A stretch of 64,000 bases of DNA from an uncultured Candidatus Saccharibacteria bacterium (GCA_964509605.1 CAZDXF010000001.1:79619-143618), one strand, 5' to 3'. Positions 27,968 to 37,579 are shown, counted from the stretch's first letter. Notes: generated by a model not told the origin, from the letters alone. A program made the numbers and translations.

Positions 27968-28411
27968 TTATTTAGCTTTTACTGAGAGTTTAAATTTAAC
28001 TGAAGCGTCTTGAACACTCACTTCTATTTCGTGCTCGCCCACTTCTTTTATGGGCTTCTCCAAAATAATGTGTTCTGGCAGAATTTCTAATCTTGTCTGT
28101 CTTTCAAGCTCGACTACAATCTCTTCTTTGTGAATTCCGGCAAAAAGATGCCCCTGTTCATTTGCAGTTTCTTCCATTTCAAGCACCACACCCTCAAGTG
28201 AGTGAAGATTCTTTGAAAGCAAGTCTTCCTGAATTTTTCGATTCTCTTCCTCTTTGGTCTTCAAATCTTCCAACTTCTTAATAGCTCCACCCAAAGCCGG
28301 CTCTGCAATACCTTTAGGAATTAAAAAATTCAAAGCGTATCCGTCAGAAACTTCCTTTACATCATATTTTTTGCCAAGTTTGGCAACATTTTTAAGCAAA
28401 ATAACCTGCAT
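27968..28411 (-). CDS. rplI: 50S ribosomal protein L9
   Basis: MQVILLKNVAKLGKKYDVKEVSDGYALNFLIPKG is the canonical L9 N-domain. Confidence 0.9.
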   Translation of the reverse strand: MQVILLKNVAKLGKKYDVKEVSDGYALNFLIPKGIAEPALGGAIKKLEDLKTKEEENRKIQEDLLSKNLHSLEGVVLEMEETANEQGHLFAGIHKEEIVVELERQTRLEILPEHIILEKPIKEVGEHEIEVSVQDASVKFKLSVKAK

Positions 28412-28448
28412 AATTTTTATTGTTTAAGGCCTATCATTCTACTCATTT

Positions 28449-29681
28449 TTACCAATTGAGCAAGACTTCAATAGCTTTCTCTTTAGCTGGATCCAACCCC
28501 TTTTCAAAATCTTCCCTAGATGGTTTTACTAGAAAATCCGGCTCTACCCCATTTTCAGAAAGAGAGACACCGTCTGGAGTAAGCCATCTGGCAATAGTAA
28601 CCTTGAGAGATGTCTCTGGAGTTATTTTCACCAATTCTTGAACAGAGCCCTTACCAAAAGTTTTATCTCCGACAATTTTTGCTCTTCCGTGCTCTTTCAA
28701 AGCGCCCGCCAAAATTTCTGAAGCCGAGGCAGACCCTCCGTCAACCAAAATTACAAATCTCAAATTTTCAGAAAAAATATCGTATCCCCTACTCCTATAT
28801 ACAACCTCATCTCTCTTGCCACCAAAATCTTCCCTAACAATCACCTTGCCGGGTGGAAGAAACCAACTCGCCATATCTATCGCAGCTTCCAGATACCCTC
28901 CCGGATTTCCTCTTAGATCAAGAAGGATTTTATCAGCACCTGATTGATAAAATTCTCTAAGAGCGCTTCTAAACAAATCTGGAGAAGTGGCAGAAAAACT
29001 GTAAAGTTCAATCAAGAAAATTCCGTTTTGCAACACCTCGGTGTTTATTGTCGGTATGTCTATAATGTCTCTAACAACAGAAATATCTTCTGGATCTTTT
29101 TCTCCATTTCTAATTATTGAAAATGTTACCGAAGTCCCCCTCTTTCCTCTTATTAAAGTAACAGCTTCTTCGGTTGTCATATTGAGAGTGCTTTTCCCTT
29201 CAATACTTATTATCCTATCTCCAGGTTTAATACCTGCCCTATATGCAGGAGTCCCTTTAAGAGGAGCTATTACAGTGAGCACTCCGTCACGCAAGCCGAT
29301 TTCCATTCCCACACCTTCAAAATTTCCCCGCACATCAGCTTCAAATATTTCATTTTGAACTGGTGGTAAAAAAATAGTATAAGGATCGCCAAGAGACGCT
29401 GCCAACCCTTCAATGGCTCCCCACACTTTTTCCTGATCAGTCGCCATCTCTCCAGAGGAACCTTCTGTCGGAACATACTTTTCATTTAAAACATTCCACG
29501 CTTTCCAAAAAGGAGAAAAATCTACAGAGGAAGGTTTATTTGCTTCTTTGTTTTCTAGAGTCGTCGCTTTCTCAACTGGACTTTCCTTTATTTCTCCAAA
29601 ACGGACTCCGGCAAAAAAAACGACCAGAAGCACTAGGGCTCCTGCCAAAATTGTTGAGAGATTTTTTTGATAGCCATCCAT
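28449..29681 (-). CDS. ctpA: Carboxy-terminal processing protease (S41, CtpA/Prc) with PDZ domain
   Basis: TM/signal segment, a PDZ domain (GIKPGDRIISIEG), and an S41 catalytic region (GGSASASEILAG...K). Confidence 0.9.
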   Translation of the reverse strand: MDGYQKNLSTILAGALVLLVVFFAGVRFGEIKESPVEKATTLENKEANKPSSVDFSPFWKAWNVLNEKYVPTEGSSGEMATDQEKVWGAIEGLAASLGDPYTIFLPPVQNEIFEADVRGNFEGVGMEIGLRDGVLTVIAPLKGTPAYRAGIKPGDRIISIEGKSTLNMTTEEAVTLIRGKRGTSVTFSIIRNGEKDPEDISVVRDIIDIPTINTEVLQNGIFLIELYSFSATSPDLFRSALREFYQSGADKILLDLRGNPGGYLEAAIDMASWFLPPGKVIVREDFGGKRDEVVYRSRGYDIFSENLRFVILVDGGSASASEILAGALKEHGRAKIVGDKTFGKGSVQELVKITPETSLKVTIARWLTPDGVSLSENGVEPDFLVKPSREDFEKGLDPAKEKAIEVLLNW

Positions 29682-29812
29682 AAAAACAAAATATTACAAA
29701 AAGTATACCAGACCTCGGTCTTTTTTGCAGTTAAAATACCTCCCCTTGATAAGATTTGACCGACCAAAGTTTGCACAAGCCGAGACCTGTCGTGTGATAT
29801 AATTTCAAAAAT

Positions 29813-30730
29813 ATGATAAACAGATACCAATACAAAGACACTGTTTGGGTGGATTTAATAGAACCGACACCCGAAGAAGCAAAAGAGGTAATGGACGAAT
29901 TTGGAATCGACCCTTTTGTGGCAAATGAGCTGACTTCACCTTCGTTTAAATCTAGAGCTGAATTACGCCGTGATTTTATATACCTCATCCTCCACTTTCC
30001 GGCTTTTAAGCACAGCCACAAACAAGAAGAGCTGGCTCAAGAAATAGATTTTGTTATAGGAAAAGATTTTCTAATTACCGCTAGATACGACACTATAGAC
30101 GCAGTAGACAAATTTGCAAAGACAATAGAGGTAAACACTATTCTTGATAAAACGACGGAAAAAAATTGCACTGGCTTTATTTTCTTCGGAATAGTTCAGG
30201 AAATTTACCGATCTCTTGGAAATGAGTTGGACTACATTAGAGACTGGTTGGGGAAAATTGAAAAAGAAATTTTTGCCGGAAAAGAAAAAGAAATGGTTGT
30301 TTCCCTATCACACGCCAGCAGAACTCTTTTAAATTTCAAAAAAACTACAGACTTTCACAAAGAGGTCTTGGAATCGCTGGACGAAATCGGAAAGAAAATT
30401 TTTGACGAACATTTCTCTTATCATGTCCACCGACTTTTAGATGAATACCACAAACTTAAATATGTCATAAGAAATAGTATGGATTCTGTGATGGAGCTCC
30501 GAGAAACAAACAATTCTCTGGTATCAACAAAACAAAATGAAATTATGAAAGTTCTAACAATCCTTGCTTTCATAGGATTGCCACTTTCAATAGTCGTCTC
30601 TCTTTTACAAATTGATACCCAGACAAGACCTATCGTTGGAATAGAGAATGATTTTTGGATACTTCTTTCAGTACTTGCCGGAATAGGAATAATTATCTTC
30701 TTGTTTTTCAAATACAAAAAGTGGCTTTAA
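29813..30730 (+). CDS. CorA-family divalent cation transporter homologue with non-canonical signature
   Basis: The C-terminus KVLTILAFIGLPLSIVVSLLQID...FLFFKYKKWL aligns to the CorA TM1-loop-TM2 region, but the YGMNF motif is replaced by LLQID. Confidence 0.6.
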   Translation: MINRYQYKDTVWVDLIEPTPEEAKEVMDEFGIDPFVANELTSPSFKSRAELRRDFIYLILHFPAFKHSHKQEELAQEIDFVIGKDFLITARYDTIDAVDKFAKTIEVNTILDKTTEKNCTGFIFFGIVQEIYRSLGNELDYIRDWLGKIEKEIFAGKEKEMVVSLSHASRTLLNFKKTTDFHKEVLESLDEIGKKIFDEHFSYHVHRLLDEYHKLKYVIRNSMDSVMELRETNNSLVSTKQNEIMKVLTILAFIGLPLSIVVSLLQIDTQTRPIVGIENDFWILLSVLAGIGIIIFLFFKYKKWL

Positions 30731-30742
30731 AAGTGGAGAATT

Positions 30743-32176
30743 GTGAATAAGGAATTAGGAATAATGAAACTCGTAAATACGCTAACTGGGAAAAAAGAAA
30801 AATTTGAACCAATCCACGAAAAAGAGGTGGGGATGTACAACTGCGGTCCAACGGTCTACAACTACGCCCATATTGGCAATCTGCGCGCTTATGTTTTTGC
30901 CGACACTTTGAGAAGAGCTTTGGAATACAGCGGATTTAAGGTAAACCAAGTCATAAATATCACCGACATTGGCCACCTTTCAGGAGACGGAGATGAGGGA
31001 GAGGACAAAATGACAAAAGCTCTCAAGCGTGAAGGAAAACCTTTTACACTTGAGGCGATGCGAGAGTTGGCAAATTTTTATTTCAAAGCTTTCAAAGAAG
31101 ATTTGAATAAACTCAACATAAAAGAGCCTGACCACTTCCCTTTCGCAAGCGATCATATAAAAGAAGATGTCAGTTTAATTGAAAAGTTGACTGAAAAAGA
31201 TTTTGCTTATAAAACAAGTGATGGAATTTATTTTGATATATCAAAAGACAAAAACTACGGCAGACTTGGTCGCCAAAACTTTTCCCAAGAAAATTTAGGC
31301 GACCAATATAGCGTATCTAGAATAGGAACGAATCCAGAAAAAAGAAATCCGAGAGACTTCGCGCTTTGGAAATTTAATTCCGAGCTTGGTTTTGAAGCAC
31401 CTTTTGGAAAAGGATTTCCCGGCTGGCACATAGAGTGCTCTGCAATGTCTATGAAATACCTGGGGGAAACTTTTGATATTCATACCGGAGGGACAGACCA
31501 TATTCCTGTTCACCATAATAATGAAATAGCGCAATCAGAAAATGCTACCGGAAAAGAATTTGCTCGTTTTTGGCTCCACTCTGCATTTGTAAATATGGGC
31601 GAAGAAAAAATGGCGAAGTCCGAAGGAAATACCCTCACTTTAAAAGATCTTGAAGAAAAAGGAATCCACCCTCTTGCCTATCGCTTTTGGCTACTTCAAG
31701 CAAAATACAGCTCACCAATAAATTTTTCTTGGGAGGCGGTAAAGTCAGCACAAATAAGCTATTTAAAAATACTTAGACATTGGGGACTACTACAAATTAC
31801 AATAACACCAACAACCCTTGATGCTGATTTTGAAGGTTACCAAAAGAGGTTTAGACAGACGATTGAAGATGATCTAAACACCCCACAAGCCATAGCCTTA
31901 ATTTGGGAAATACTCGAAAACGATAATTTGAACAATTTCTACAAAAAACAACTTATTGCAGATTTTGATAAAGTCCTTGGTTTAAAAATAGAGTCTATGG
32001 AGGCATATGTTGATCTAAAAAAAATCCCTGAAGAAGTTAGAAAGATGATAGAAGAAAGAGAAAGCGCTAGAAAAGAGAAAGATTGGGAAAAATCGGACAA
32101 AATAAGAGAGGAGTTAAAATCAAAAGGTTATGAAATAGAAGATACTCCAGAAGGGGTGAGAGTTTCAAAAATCTAG
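30743..32176 (+). CDS. cysS: Cysteine--tRNA ligase
   Basis: CGPTVYNYAHIGNLR (HIGH motif), KMAKSEGN (KMSKS motif), and the zinc-binding Cys/His residues. Confidence 0.95.
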   Translation: MNKELGIMKLVNTLTGKKEKFEPIHEKEVGMYNCGPTVYNYAHIGNLRAYVFADTLRRALEYSGFKVNQVINITDIGHLSGDGDEGEDKMTKALKREGKPFTLEAMRELANFYFKAFKEDLNKLNIKEPDHFPFASDHIKEDVSLIEKLTEKDFAYKTSDGIYFDISKDKNYGRLGRQNFSQENLGDQYSVSRIGTNPEKRNPRDFALWKFNSELGFEAPFGKGFPGWHIECSAMSMKYLGETFDIHTGGTDHIPVHHNNEIAQSENATGKEFARFWLHSAFVNMGEEKMAKSEGNTLTLKDLEEKGIHPLAYRFWLLQAKYSSPINFSWEAVKSAQISYLKILRHWGLLQITITPTTLDADFEGYQKRFRQTIEDDLNTPQAIALIWEILENDNLNNFYKKQLIADFDKVLGLKIESMEAYVDLKKIPEEVRKMIEERESARKEKDWEKSDKIREELKSKGYEIEDTPEGVRVSKI

Positions 32177-32181
32177 CCCTC

Positions 32182-32241
32182 ATTTCGTTCGATATATCTA
32201 ATTACCCTTCCCCTTACTATCGATATATCGATAGTAAGGGG
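32182..32241. promoter_or_regulatory. Half-copy of the 26-bp palindrome (ATTTCGTTCGATATATC) followed by a distinct perfect 32-bp palindrome CCCCTTACTATCGATATATCGATAGTAAGGGG
   Basis: It shares the TCGATATATCGA core with the 25006 and 26040 sites. It lies between cysS and the dnaB promoter (TGTGTTAAAAT). Confidence 0.45.
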
Positions 32242-32422
32242 AAAGTACTTCTATTTCTCCATCCTTTATTCGCCATTCCTCATTCTTTATTTTTTTCCCC
32301 ATTCCTCCTAAAAGCTAACAACTAGTAGCTAAAAGCTGTCGCTCCCTCTCCCCACTCTCCCCACAACTTTTTCCCTTATAAATATTTTCCTTTTCCTGCC
32401 ACCCTTGTGTTAAAATGCTCGC

Positions 32423-33805
32423 ATGCCGGACAACCTCATCAAAGAAAAAGTTCGCATCCCCCCTCAAAACATAGAAGCCGAAATGGCTCTTTTGGGTTCA
32501 ATAATGCTTCGCCCAGAAGCGATTTATGAAGTTATAGACATAGTCAGCCCAAAATCTTTTTATGCCGAAAAGCACTCTCTCATATTCGGCACAATGCTTG
32601 AACTTTTCAACAAGAGAGAACCCATAGATCTACTATCTCTATCTTCTCGTCTAAAAGAACGAAAGCTTTTAGACCAAATAGGTGGCGCGAGCTATCTAAC
32701 AGAGCTTGTAAACACAGTACCCTCGTCTGCAAACCTAAAACACTATGCAGAAATAGTTCAGAAAAAGTTTATGATGCGCCGACTGATAGAAGTGTCTGAA
32801 CACATATCTGGTCTCGGCTTTGAAGAGGCGCACGACCTGGAAGAAATTTTAGACAAAGCAGAAAAAGCAATTTACGAAATCACTGGAGCCGGAGCCACAA
32901 GAACTTTTACAGAAATCAGAGATGAGCTTTCTGAAGCTTGGGAAAGATTGGACAAACTTCACAATGCAAAAGGAGAGCTTCGCGGAGTACCTACTGGTTT
33001 TGCAGAGCTTGATCACAAACTGGCAGGATTCCAAAAATCAGACCTCGTCATCATTGCTGCTCGCCCATCAATGGGAAAAACTTCTTTGGCTTTGGACATT
33101 GCGCGCCAGACCGCAGTAAACCACCAAGTACCTGTCGGAATATTTTCTCTTGAAATGAGTGCTCAACAACTTGTGGATAGAATGCTCGCCGCTCAATCAA
33201 ATGTGGATGCTTGGAAACTTCGCACAGGAAAACTCTCGCGCGAAGAAGATTTTGCATCAATCCGCCAATCTCTAGACAAGCTCTCTCAAGCTCCAATTTA
33301 TATAGACGACCAGCCGGCAAACAATATTATGAAAATGCGCTCTGTTGCCAGGCGCCTTAAAAGTGAGAAAAATCTTGGCCTCGTAATAGTGGACTATCTT
33401 CAGCTTATGGTCCCCACCCAATCTCGTTCAAGCGACAATATGGTCCAGCAAGTCACGGAAATATCCAGATCTCTTAAAAACCTCGCCAGAGAGCTAAATA
33501 TCCCTGTTATAGCCCTTTCCCAGCTTTCTCGTGCCGCCGCCCAGACAGGAGAAAAGCCCAAGCTCCACCATCTAAGAGACTCTGGATCCATTGAGCAGGA
33601 TGCCGATGTTGTGATGTTTATTCACAGAGAAGACAAGTTTAAAGAAGAATCTGAAAAGACAAATATTGCCGAAATTCTCATTGAAAAACACAGAAATGGA
33701 GAAACTGGTAAAATAGAACTTTATTTCAACGAAAAGAAAGCTACTTTCCAAAGTATAGAAAATTCAAAATTTGGAGGAACAGAAAAAGAGTTTGAGAATT
33801 TCTAA
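32423..33805 (+). CDS. dnaB: Replicative DNA helicase DnaB
   Basis: N-terminal primase-interaction domain, a RecA-fold with Walker A ARPSMGKTS, H1/H4 motifs, and the characteristic Arg finger. Confidence 0.95.
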   Translation: MPDNLIKEKVRIPPQNIEAEMALLGSIMLRPEAIYEVIDIVSPKSFYAEKHSLIFGTMLELFNKREPIDLLSLSSRLKERKLLDQIGGASYLTELVNTVPSSANLKHYAEIVQKKFMMRRLIEVSEHISGLGFEEAHDLEEILDKAEKAIYEITGAGATRTFTEIRDELSEAWERLDKLHNAKGELRGVPTGFAELDHKLAGFQKSDLVIIAARPSMGKTSLALDIARQTAVNHQVPVGIFSLEMSAQQLVDRMLAAQSNVDAWKLRTGKLSREEDFASIRQSLDKLSQAPIYIDDQPANNIMKMRSVARRLKSEKNLGLVIVDYLQLMVPTQSRSSDNMVQQVTEISRSLKNLARELNIPVIALSQLSRAAAQTGEKPKLHHLRDSGSIEQDADVVMFIHREDKFKEESEKTNIAEILIEKHRNGETGKIELYFNEKKATFQSIENSKFGGTEKEFENF

Positions 33806-33808
33806 AAA

Positions 33809-34423
33809 ATGAGCGCTGTTCAAAAACTTACAGAATTGTTTAAAGATTTTCCAGGGATTGGTCCGAGACAAGCCAAGCGGTTTGTATATTTTCTTCTAAC
33901 AAGAAACAAAGATTATTTAAAAGACCTCACTGACGCTATTGAAGAGCTGAAAGCTGAAACGGCTTCTTGCTCATCTTGCTTCAGATTTTTTACAAAAGAA
34001 AAAAACGGATCTTTGGTCTGCCCTATCTGCTCTTCTGCAAACAGAGACAGTGCTTCTTTAATGATTGTCTCAAGAGATGTTGATTTGGAAAATATAGAAA
34101 AGACAGATACCTACAACGGTATGTATTTTGTATTGGGAGGGACCGTGCCAATACTTGAAAAAGAACCCGAAAAAAGAATCCGTATTAGAAATCTGATTAG
34201 AAAAATAGAGGACGGTAAAAAAGATATAAAAGAAATAATTTTTGCCTTGAGTCTTAACCCTGAGGGCGAAAATACAGAAGATTATGTCAGAGAAAAAATT
34301 AAAGATGTTTGTGAAAAAAATTCAATAAAAATTTCTGTTCTTGGCAGAGGTCTCTCCACAGGACTTGAGCTTGAATACTCCGACTCCGAAACCTTAAGAA
34401 ATGCTTTGAAAAATAGAACATAA
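33809..34423 (+). CDS. recR: Recombination protein RecR
   Basis: HhH (FPGIGPRQAKR), a C4 zinc finger (CSSC...CPIC), and a Toprim domain. Confidence 0.9.
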   Translation: MSAVQKLTELFKDFPGIGPRQAKRFVYFLLTRNKDYLKDLTDAIEELKAETASCSSCFRFFTKEKNGSLVCPICSSANRDSASLMIVSRDVDLENIEKTDTYNGMYFVLGGTVPILEKEPEKRIRIRNLIRKIEDGKKDIKEIIFALSLNPEGENTEDYVREKIKDVCEKNSIKISVLGRGLSTGLELEYSDSETLRNALKNRT

Positions 34424-34425
34424 AA

Positions 34426-34470
34426 AAACACCCCGTTTCGCGATTCGCGAAACGGGGTGTTTTTTTCTAC
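34426..34470 (+). terminator. Rho-independent terminator
   Basis: AAAAAACACCCCGTTTCGCGATTCGCGAAACGGGGTGTTTTTTT. Confidence 0.7.
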
Positions 34471-34535
34471 TGTCTACTAACTACTTCCCACTATTTACTG
34501 TCTACTGTTTACTAACTACTGTCTACTATTTTATT
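34467..34535. repeat. TACTGTCTACTAACTAC...TGTCTACTATTTTA motif, copy b (tandemly reiterated)
   Basis: Contains several iterations of TACTGTCTACT / TTTACTAACTACT. It abuts the rplU stop codon. Confidence 0.5.
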
Positions 34536-34935
34536 TTATTCCCACAATTTCTACTTCAAAATATGGTTGTCTGTGTCCGTATTTTTTAAAGTATCTGCTC
34601 TTCTGTTTGTATTTTATTGTCGTCACTTTTGCATTCCTTCCAATTTTCACCAAAGTCCCCTCTATCTTTGAACCACCTATAACCGGAGTGCCGATTGTGG
34701 TTGTTCCTTTTCCATCATCAAAAAGCAACACTTCATCAAAAACAATTTTGTCTCCAGCTTTATAATCCCCCTTTATTTTTTCAACTTTAATTTTATCTCC
34801 ACTGGAAACCTTGTACTGCTTTCCGCCTGTTGCAAAGACTGCAAACCACCCCTCTTTTGGCAGAGAAGTTTTACTCTTTGCTGGAGCTTTTTTCGCCTTT
34901 TTTTCGGTCTTTTTTACTTGAGTTTCTTTAGACAT
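34531..34935 (-). CDS. rplU: 50S ribosomal protein L21
   Basis: The C-terminal 100 aa match L21 (FAVFATGGKQYKVSSGDKIKVEKI...). A Lys/Ala-rich N-terminal extension begins at MSKETQ. The longer track ORF 34531..35076 is an in-frame read-through of the structured leader. Confidence 0.85.
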   Translation of the reverse strand: MSKETQVKKTEKKAKKAPAKSKTSLPKEGWFAVFATGGKQYKVSSGDKIKVEKIKGDYKAGDKIVFDEVLLFDDGKGTTTIGTPVIGGSKIEGTLVKIGRNAKVTTIKYKQKSRYFKKYGHRQPYFEVEIVGIK

Positions 34936-35267
34936 AACGGGCTCTATTCTATATAAAATCAGGAAAATGGCAAGGCCCTCGAATCGCTCGAGGGCCCGTG
35001 CACCACCCCTTGCTGGGAGTGACCTAAAACTTAAGATTTCACCAACAAGGAGAGACAGTTGGTCACCCCCTCTCAAAGGTTGAGGTTTTGACCTCTAGCC
35101 GATGAGAGAGAGCTTACGGACGACTGTAGCCCATGGTGCATCTCCAAAGCTGGGGTAGGAGGAGAACTGCGGAAGGGTGTTGCGGTTGTCTAAACCTTTT
35201 TCGGAATAAGACCCCCTTTGGTTCAGTCTTTCTTTATTATAACCCCGACTTCACTTAAAACTGGGGA
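34936..35267 (-). promoter_or_regulatory. ~330-nt GC-rich, highly structured 5' leader of rplU (possible ribosomal-protein autoregulatory leader or embedded ncRNA)
   Basis: TATAAT at ~35225. Multiple nested helices, e.g. GGGGGUGACC/GGUCACUCCC, GAGGUCAAAACCUC, and GGCCCUCGAGCGAUUCGAGGGCC. No plausible ORF other than the artefactual rplU N-extension. Confidence 0.4.
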
Positions 35268-36353
35268 TTATTGATCATCAGCGATATCAGGCTTTTCAAG
35301 TACGAGAGATTCCACTCCTACAGCTGTGCCCGTAATTCTTAAAACATCTTTATCTATTTTCCCTAGCTCTTTCCTAGAAGAATTAAAATGATTTACCACA
35401 GTACCAAGAGATGTGCCGAGTTTATCGTGATATTCTTCGTAACTTTTTATATGCTTCCCTAGTTCACTCACGCGCTTTATAATATCTTGCGCCGTTTCCT
35501 CTATTTGCAGGGCCTTTAGACCCTGAAGTACTGTTTGGAGATACGCCAAAAAAGAAGTTGGAGAAACGATAATTACCCTCTTTTCTTTAAATGCATATTC
35601 AATCAGATCTCTTGTATTGACCTTCACTGCACCCACTTGAGATATTAGCAAGTCATAATATATTGCCTCATGAGGAATGAACATAAAAGCAAAGTCCATA
35701 GTCCCCTCCATCGGTTTAACATATTTTGAAGTCTCATCTATCCGGTTTTTTAGGTCCGTTCTAAAAGCTTTTTCCAAGCGCTCTTTTTCTGCGGAGTCTT
35801 TTTCTTCCACCAGACGGTTATAGTTTTCAAGAGAAAACTTAGAATCAACTGGTATTATTTTATCTTTTACAAAAACTACCGCATCAACAATCGTTCCATC
35901 AGAAAAAGGATACTGCATTTGGAAACTCTTTGGCGGTAAAACATTTTTAAGGAGAGTTTCCAAATAATATTCTCCCAGTATCCCTCTTTGCTTTGGATTC
36001 TTTAAAATATCCTGGAGAGATTGCAGTTGGTCGGCAAAAGACACCACCTGCTTATTTGTTTCATCGAGTCGTGTAAGACGCTCTGTAATATCGCGAATAA
36101 TTTTTACAGATTCGCTAGACTGGTGTCGCATCGTTTCGTGTAGCTCTCTGGCATTTTCTGCCATCTTTGAATCAAGTGTTTTTGTAAGATCATTTAAATT
36201 GCGAGCCATTTCATTAAACTGATTTTGGATAAGCATAAGCCCTCCTTCCGGTTCACTTTCTTTTTTGCGACCTGAAAAAATGCGCCACAAAAAAACCGTG
36301 TTCAACACGAGAATAACCAAAAGAAAAACAAAAAAATAAGCGCTGTTTATCAT
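35268..36353 (-). CDS. rmuC: DNA recombination protein RmuC
   Basis: N-terminal TM segment, a long coiled coil, and a C-terminal RmuC nuclease-like domain (VDAVVFVKDKIIPVDSKF...FAFMFIPHEAIYYDLL). Confidence 0.8.
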   Translation of the reverse strand: MINSAYFFVFLLVILVLNTVFLWRIFSGRKKESEPEGGLMLIQNQFNEMARNLNDLTKTLDSKMAENARELHETMRHQSSESVKIIRDITERLTRLDETNKQVVSFADQLQSLQDILKNPKQRGILGEYYLETLLKNVLPPKSFQMQYPFSDGTIVDAVVFVKDKIIPVDSKFSLENYNRLVEEKDSAEKERLEKAFRTDLKNRIDETSKYVKPMEGTMDFAFMFIPHEAIYYDLLISQVGAVKVNTRDLIEYAFKEKRVIIVSPTSFLAYLQTVLQGLKALQIEETAQDIIKRVSELGKHIKSYEEYHDKLGTSLGTVVNHFNSSRKELGKIDKDVLRITGTAVGVESLVLEKPDIADDQ

Positions 36354-36421
36354 CTTTTTATTATACCAAGAACATCCTGACAGCTAGTGGCTAAAAGCTA
36401 AAAGCTGTATAATGTCTCATT

Positions 36422-36868
36422 ATGTTGCATAAAGAGATACAAAAAGAAATCGCCGAGGCAATGAAGGCCAAAAACACCGTAAAGCTTAATACCGTTAGAG
36501 GGCTGTTGTCCTCATTTACAAATGAGCTTGTCGCAAAAGGCAGAAAACCCACAGAAGAGCTCACGGACGAGGAAGTGCTTGAGGTAATAAGACGATCTGT
36601 AAAACAAAGAAAAGATTCTATAGAGCAGTTTAAAAAAGGAGGAAGAAATGATTTGGCAGAAAGCGAGGAAGCAGAGCTAAAAATTTTGGAAGTATATCTA
36701 CCACAGATGATGAGTCAAGATGAAATCCGGCCAATCGTTGAATCAAAAATAAAAGAGCTTGGAGCTGACAAAAGCAAGATTGGTCAACTTATAGGAGCGA
36801 TAATGAAAGAACTAAAAGGAAAAGCGGACGGGGCTGATGTCAAAGCGGTAGTGGAATCTATTTTATAA
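36422..36868 (+). CDS. GatB/YqeY domain protein
   Basis: IAEAMKAKNTVKLNTVRGLLS...EVYLP is the typical YqeY signature. TGTATAAT extended -10 upstream. Confidence 0.8.
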   Translation: MLHKEIQKEIAEAMKAKNTVKLNTVRGLLSSFTNELVAKGRKPTEELTDEEVLEVIRRSVKQRKDSIEQFKKGGRNDLAESEEAELKILEVYLPQMMSQDEIRPIVESKIKELGADKSKIGQLIGAIMKELKGKADGADVKAVVESIL

Positions 36869-36934
36869 AAATTTCCACTTGATTTTCGTTAGATGAGTAT
36901 ATACTAGAATACAGAACCCTTTCATGGAGGAATT

Positions 36935-37423
36935 GTGCTGACACTTTCCGCATGTTCCTTTGACATCCAAGTGAGCTCGATGAGTTTGAGTAGGGTCATA
37001 ACCGCTGGAGATTACGATGTCCTGCACCCTCACATCGGGAAAATAGACCTTTCTGTCTGTGACGTGCCCCTCAGTACCAAGGACAGTGGTGTCCGCGTCA
37101 TAAGCTTTGCAACGGTGCGATCCTTAAACGGCAAAGCCGAAGAAGCATACAGGTGTTTCAAAAAGTTCAAAAAGAAACGATTGGCATTGCTTCGCGAATT
37201 TCTTCACATCGGAGTTTGCAAGCCGGAAATTCAAAGGTTCTATCAGATCTTTTGTCTTACGGCGATGTTTCCAGTAAGAAGGTTGAATGGCAAGTGGACC
37301 TCAGTCGTCCTGTTTCTTGATACGGACAAACTCGGAAGAAGGTGTATCGGTCTGCACGATATAGAGAACCCTCTGCCAATGAGTGCTGTGGTTGCCTATG
37401 TGCAATACCCAGAAGTAAGCTGA
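36935..37423 (+). CDS. Hypothetical protein (162 aa); GC-rich cassette gene (GTG start)
   Basis: GGAGG Shine-Dalgarno sequence 4 nt before the GTG. About 50% GC. Own TTGATT...TATACT promoter and a terminator at 37445-37490. No motif recognised. Confidence 0.5.
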   Translation: MLTLSACSFDIQVSSMSLSRVITAGDYDVLHPHIGKIDLSVCDVPLSTKDSGVRVISFATVRSLNGKAEEAYRCFKKFKKKRLALLREFLHIGVCKPEIQRFYQIFCLTAMFPVRRLNGKWTSVVLFLDTDKLGRRCIGLHDIENPLPMSAVVAYVQYPEVS

Positions 37424-37444
37424 CCATCACCAGCGTATCCAGAC

Positions 37445-37490
37445 AGCCCTGGCCCGTTTTAAACGGACCAGGGCTTGCTCTTTTTCATTA
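37445..37490 (+). terminator. Rho-independent terminator
   Basis: CAGCCCUGGCCCGUUUUAAACGGACCAGGGCUUGCUCUUUUUC. Confidence 0.6.
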
Positions 37491-37579
37491 TCCACAGTTT
37501 CTTGACTTTTTCTTTAAAATATGATAGTATTAAGATCGGAAAGCTCCACTACACTCTAACCGAGGGAAGGAGGGGGGGT

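Noticed and set aside
34531-35076. 181-aa version of the rplU ORF with the N-terminal extension MRGGDQLSLLVGEILSFRSLPARGG...
   Set aside because: The extension is an in-frame read-through of the GC-rich structured leader. The L21 homology starts after MSKETQ at 34935.
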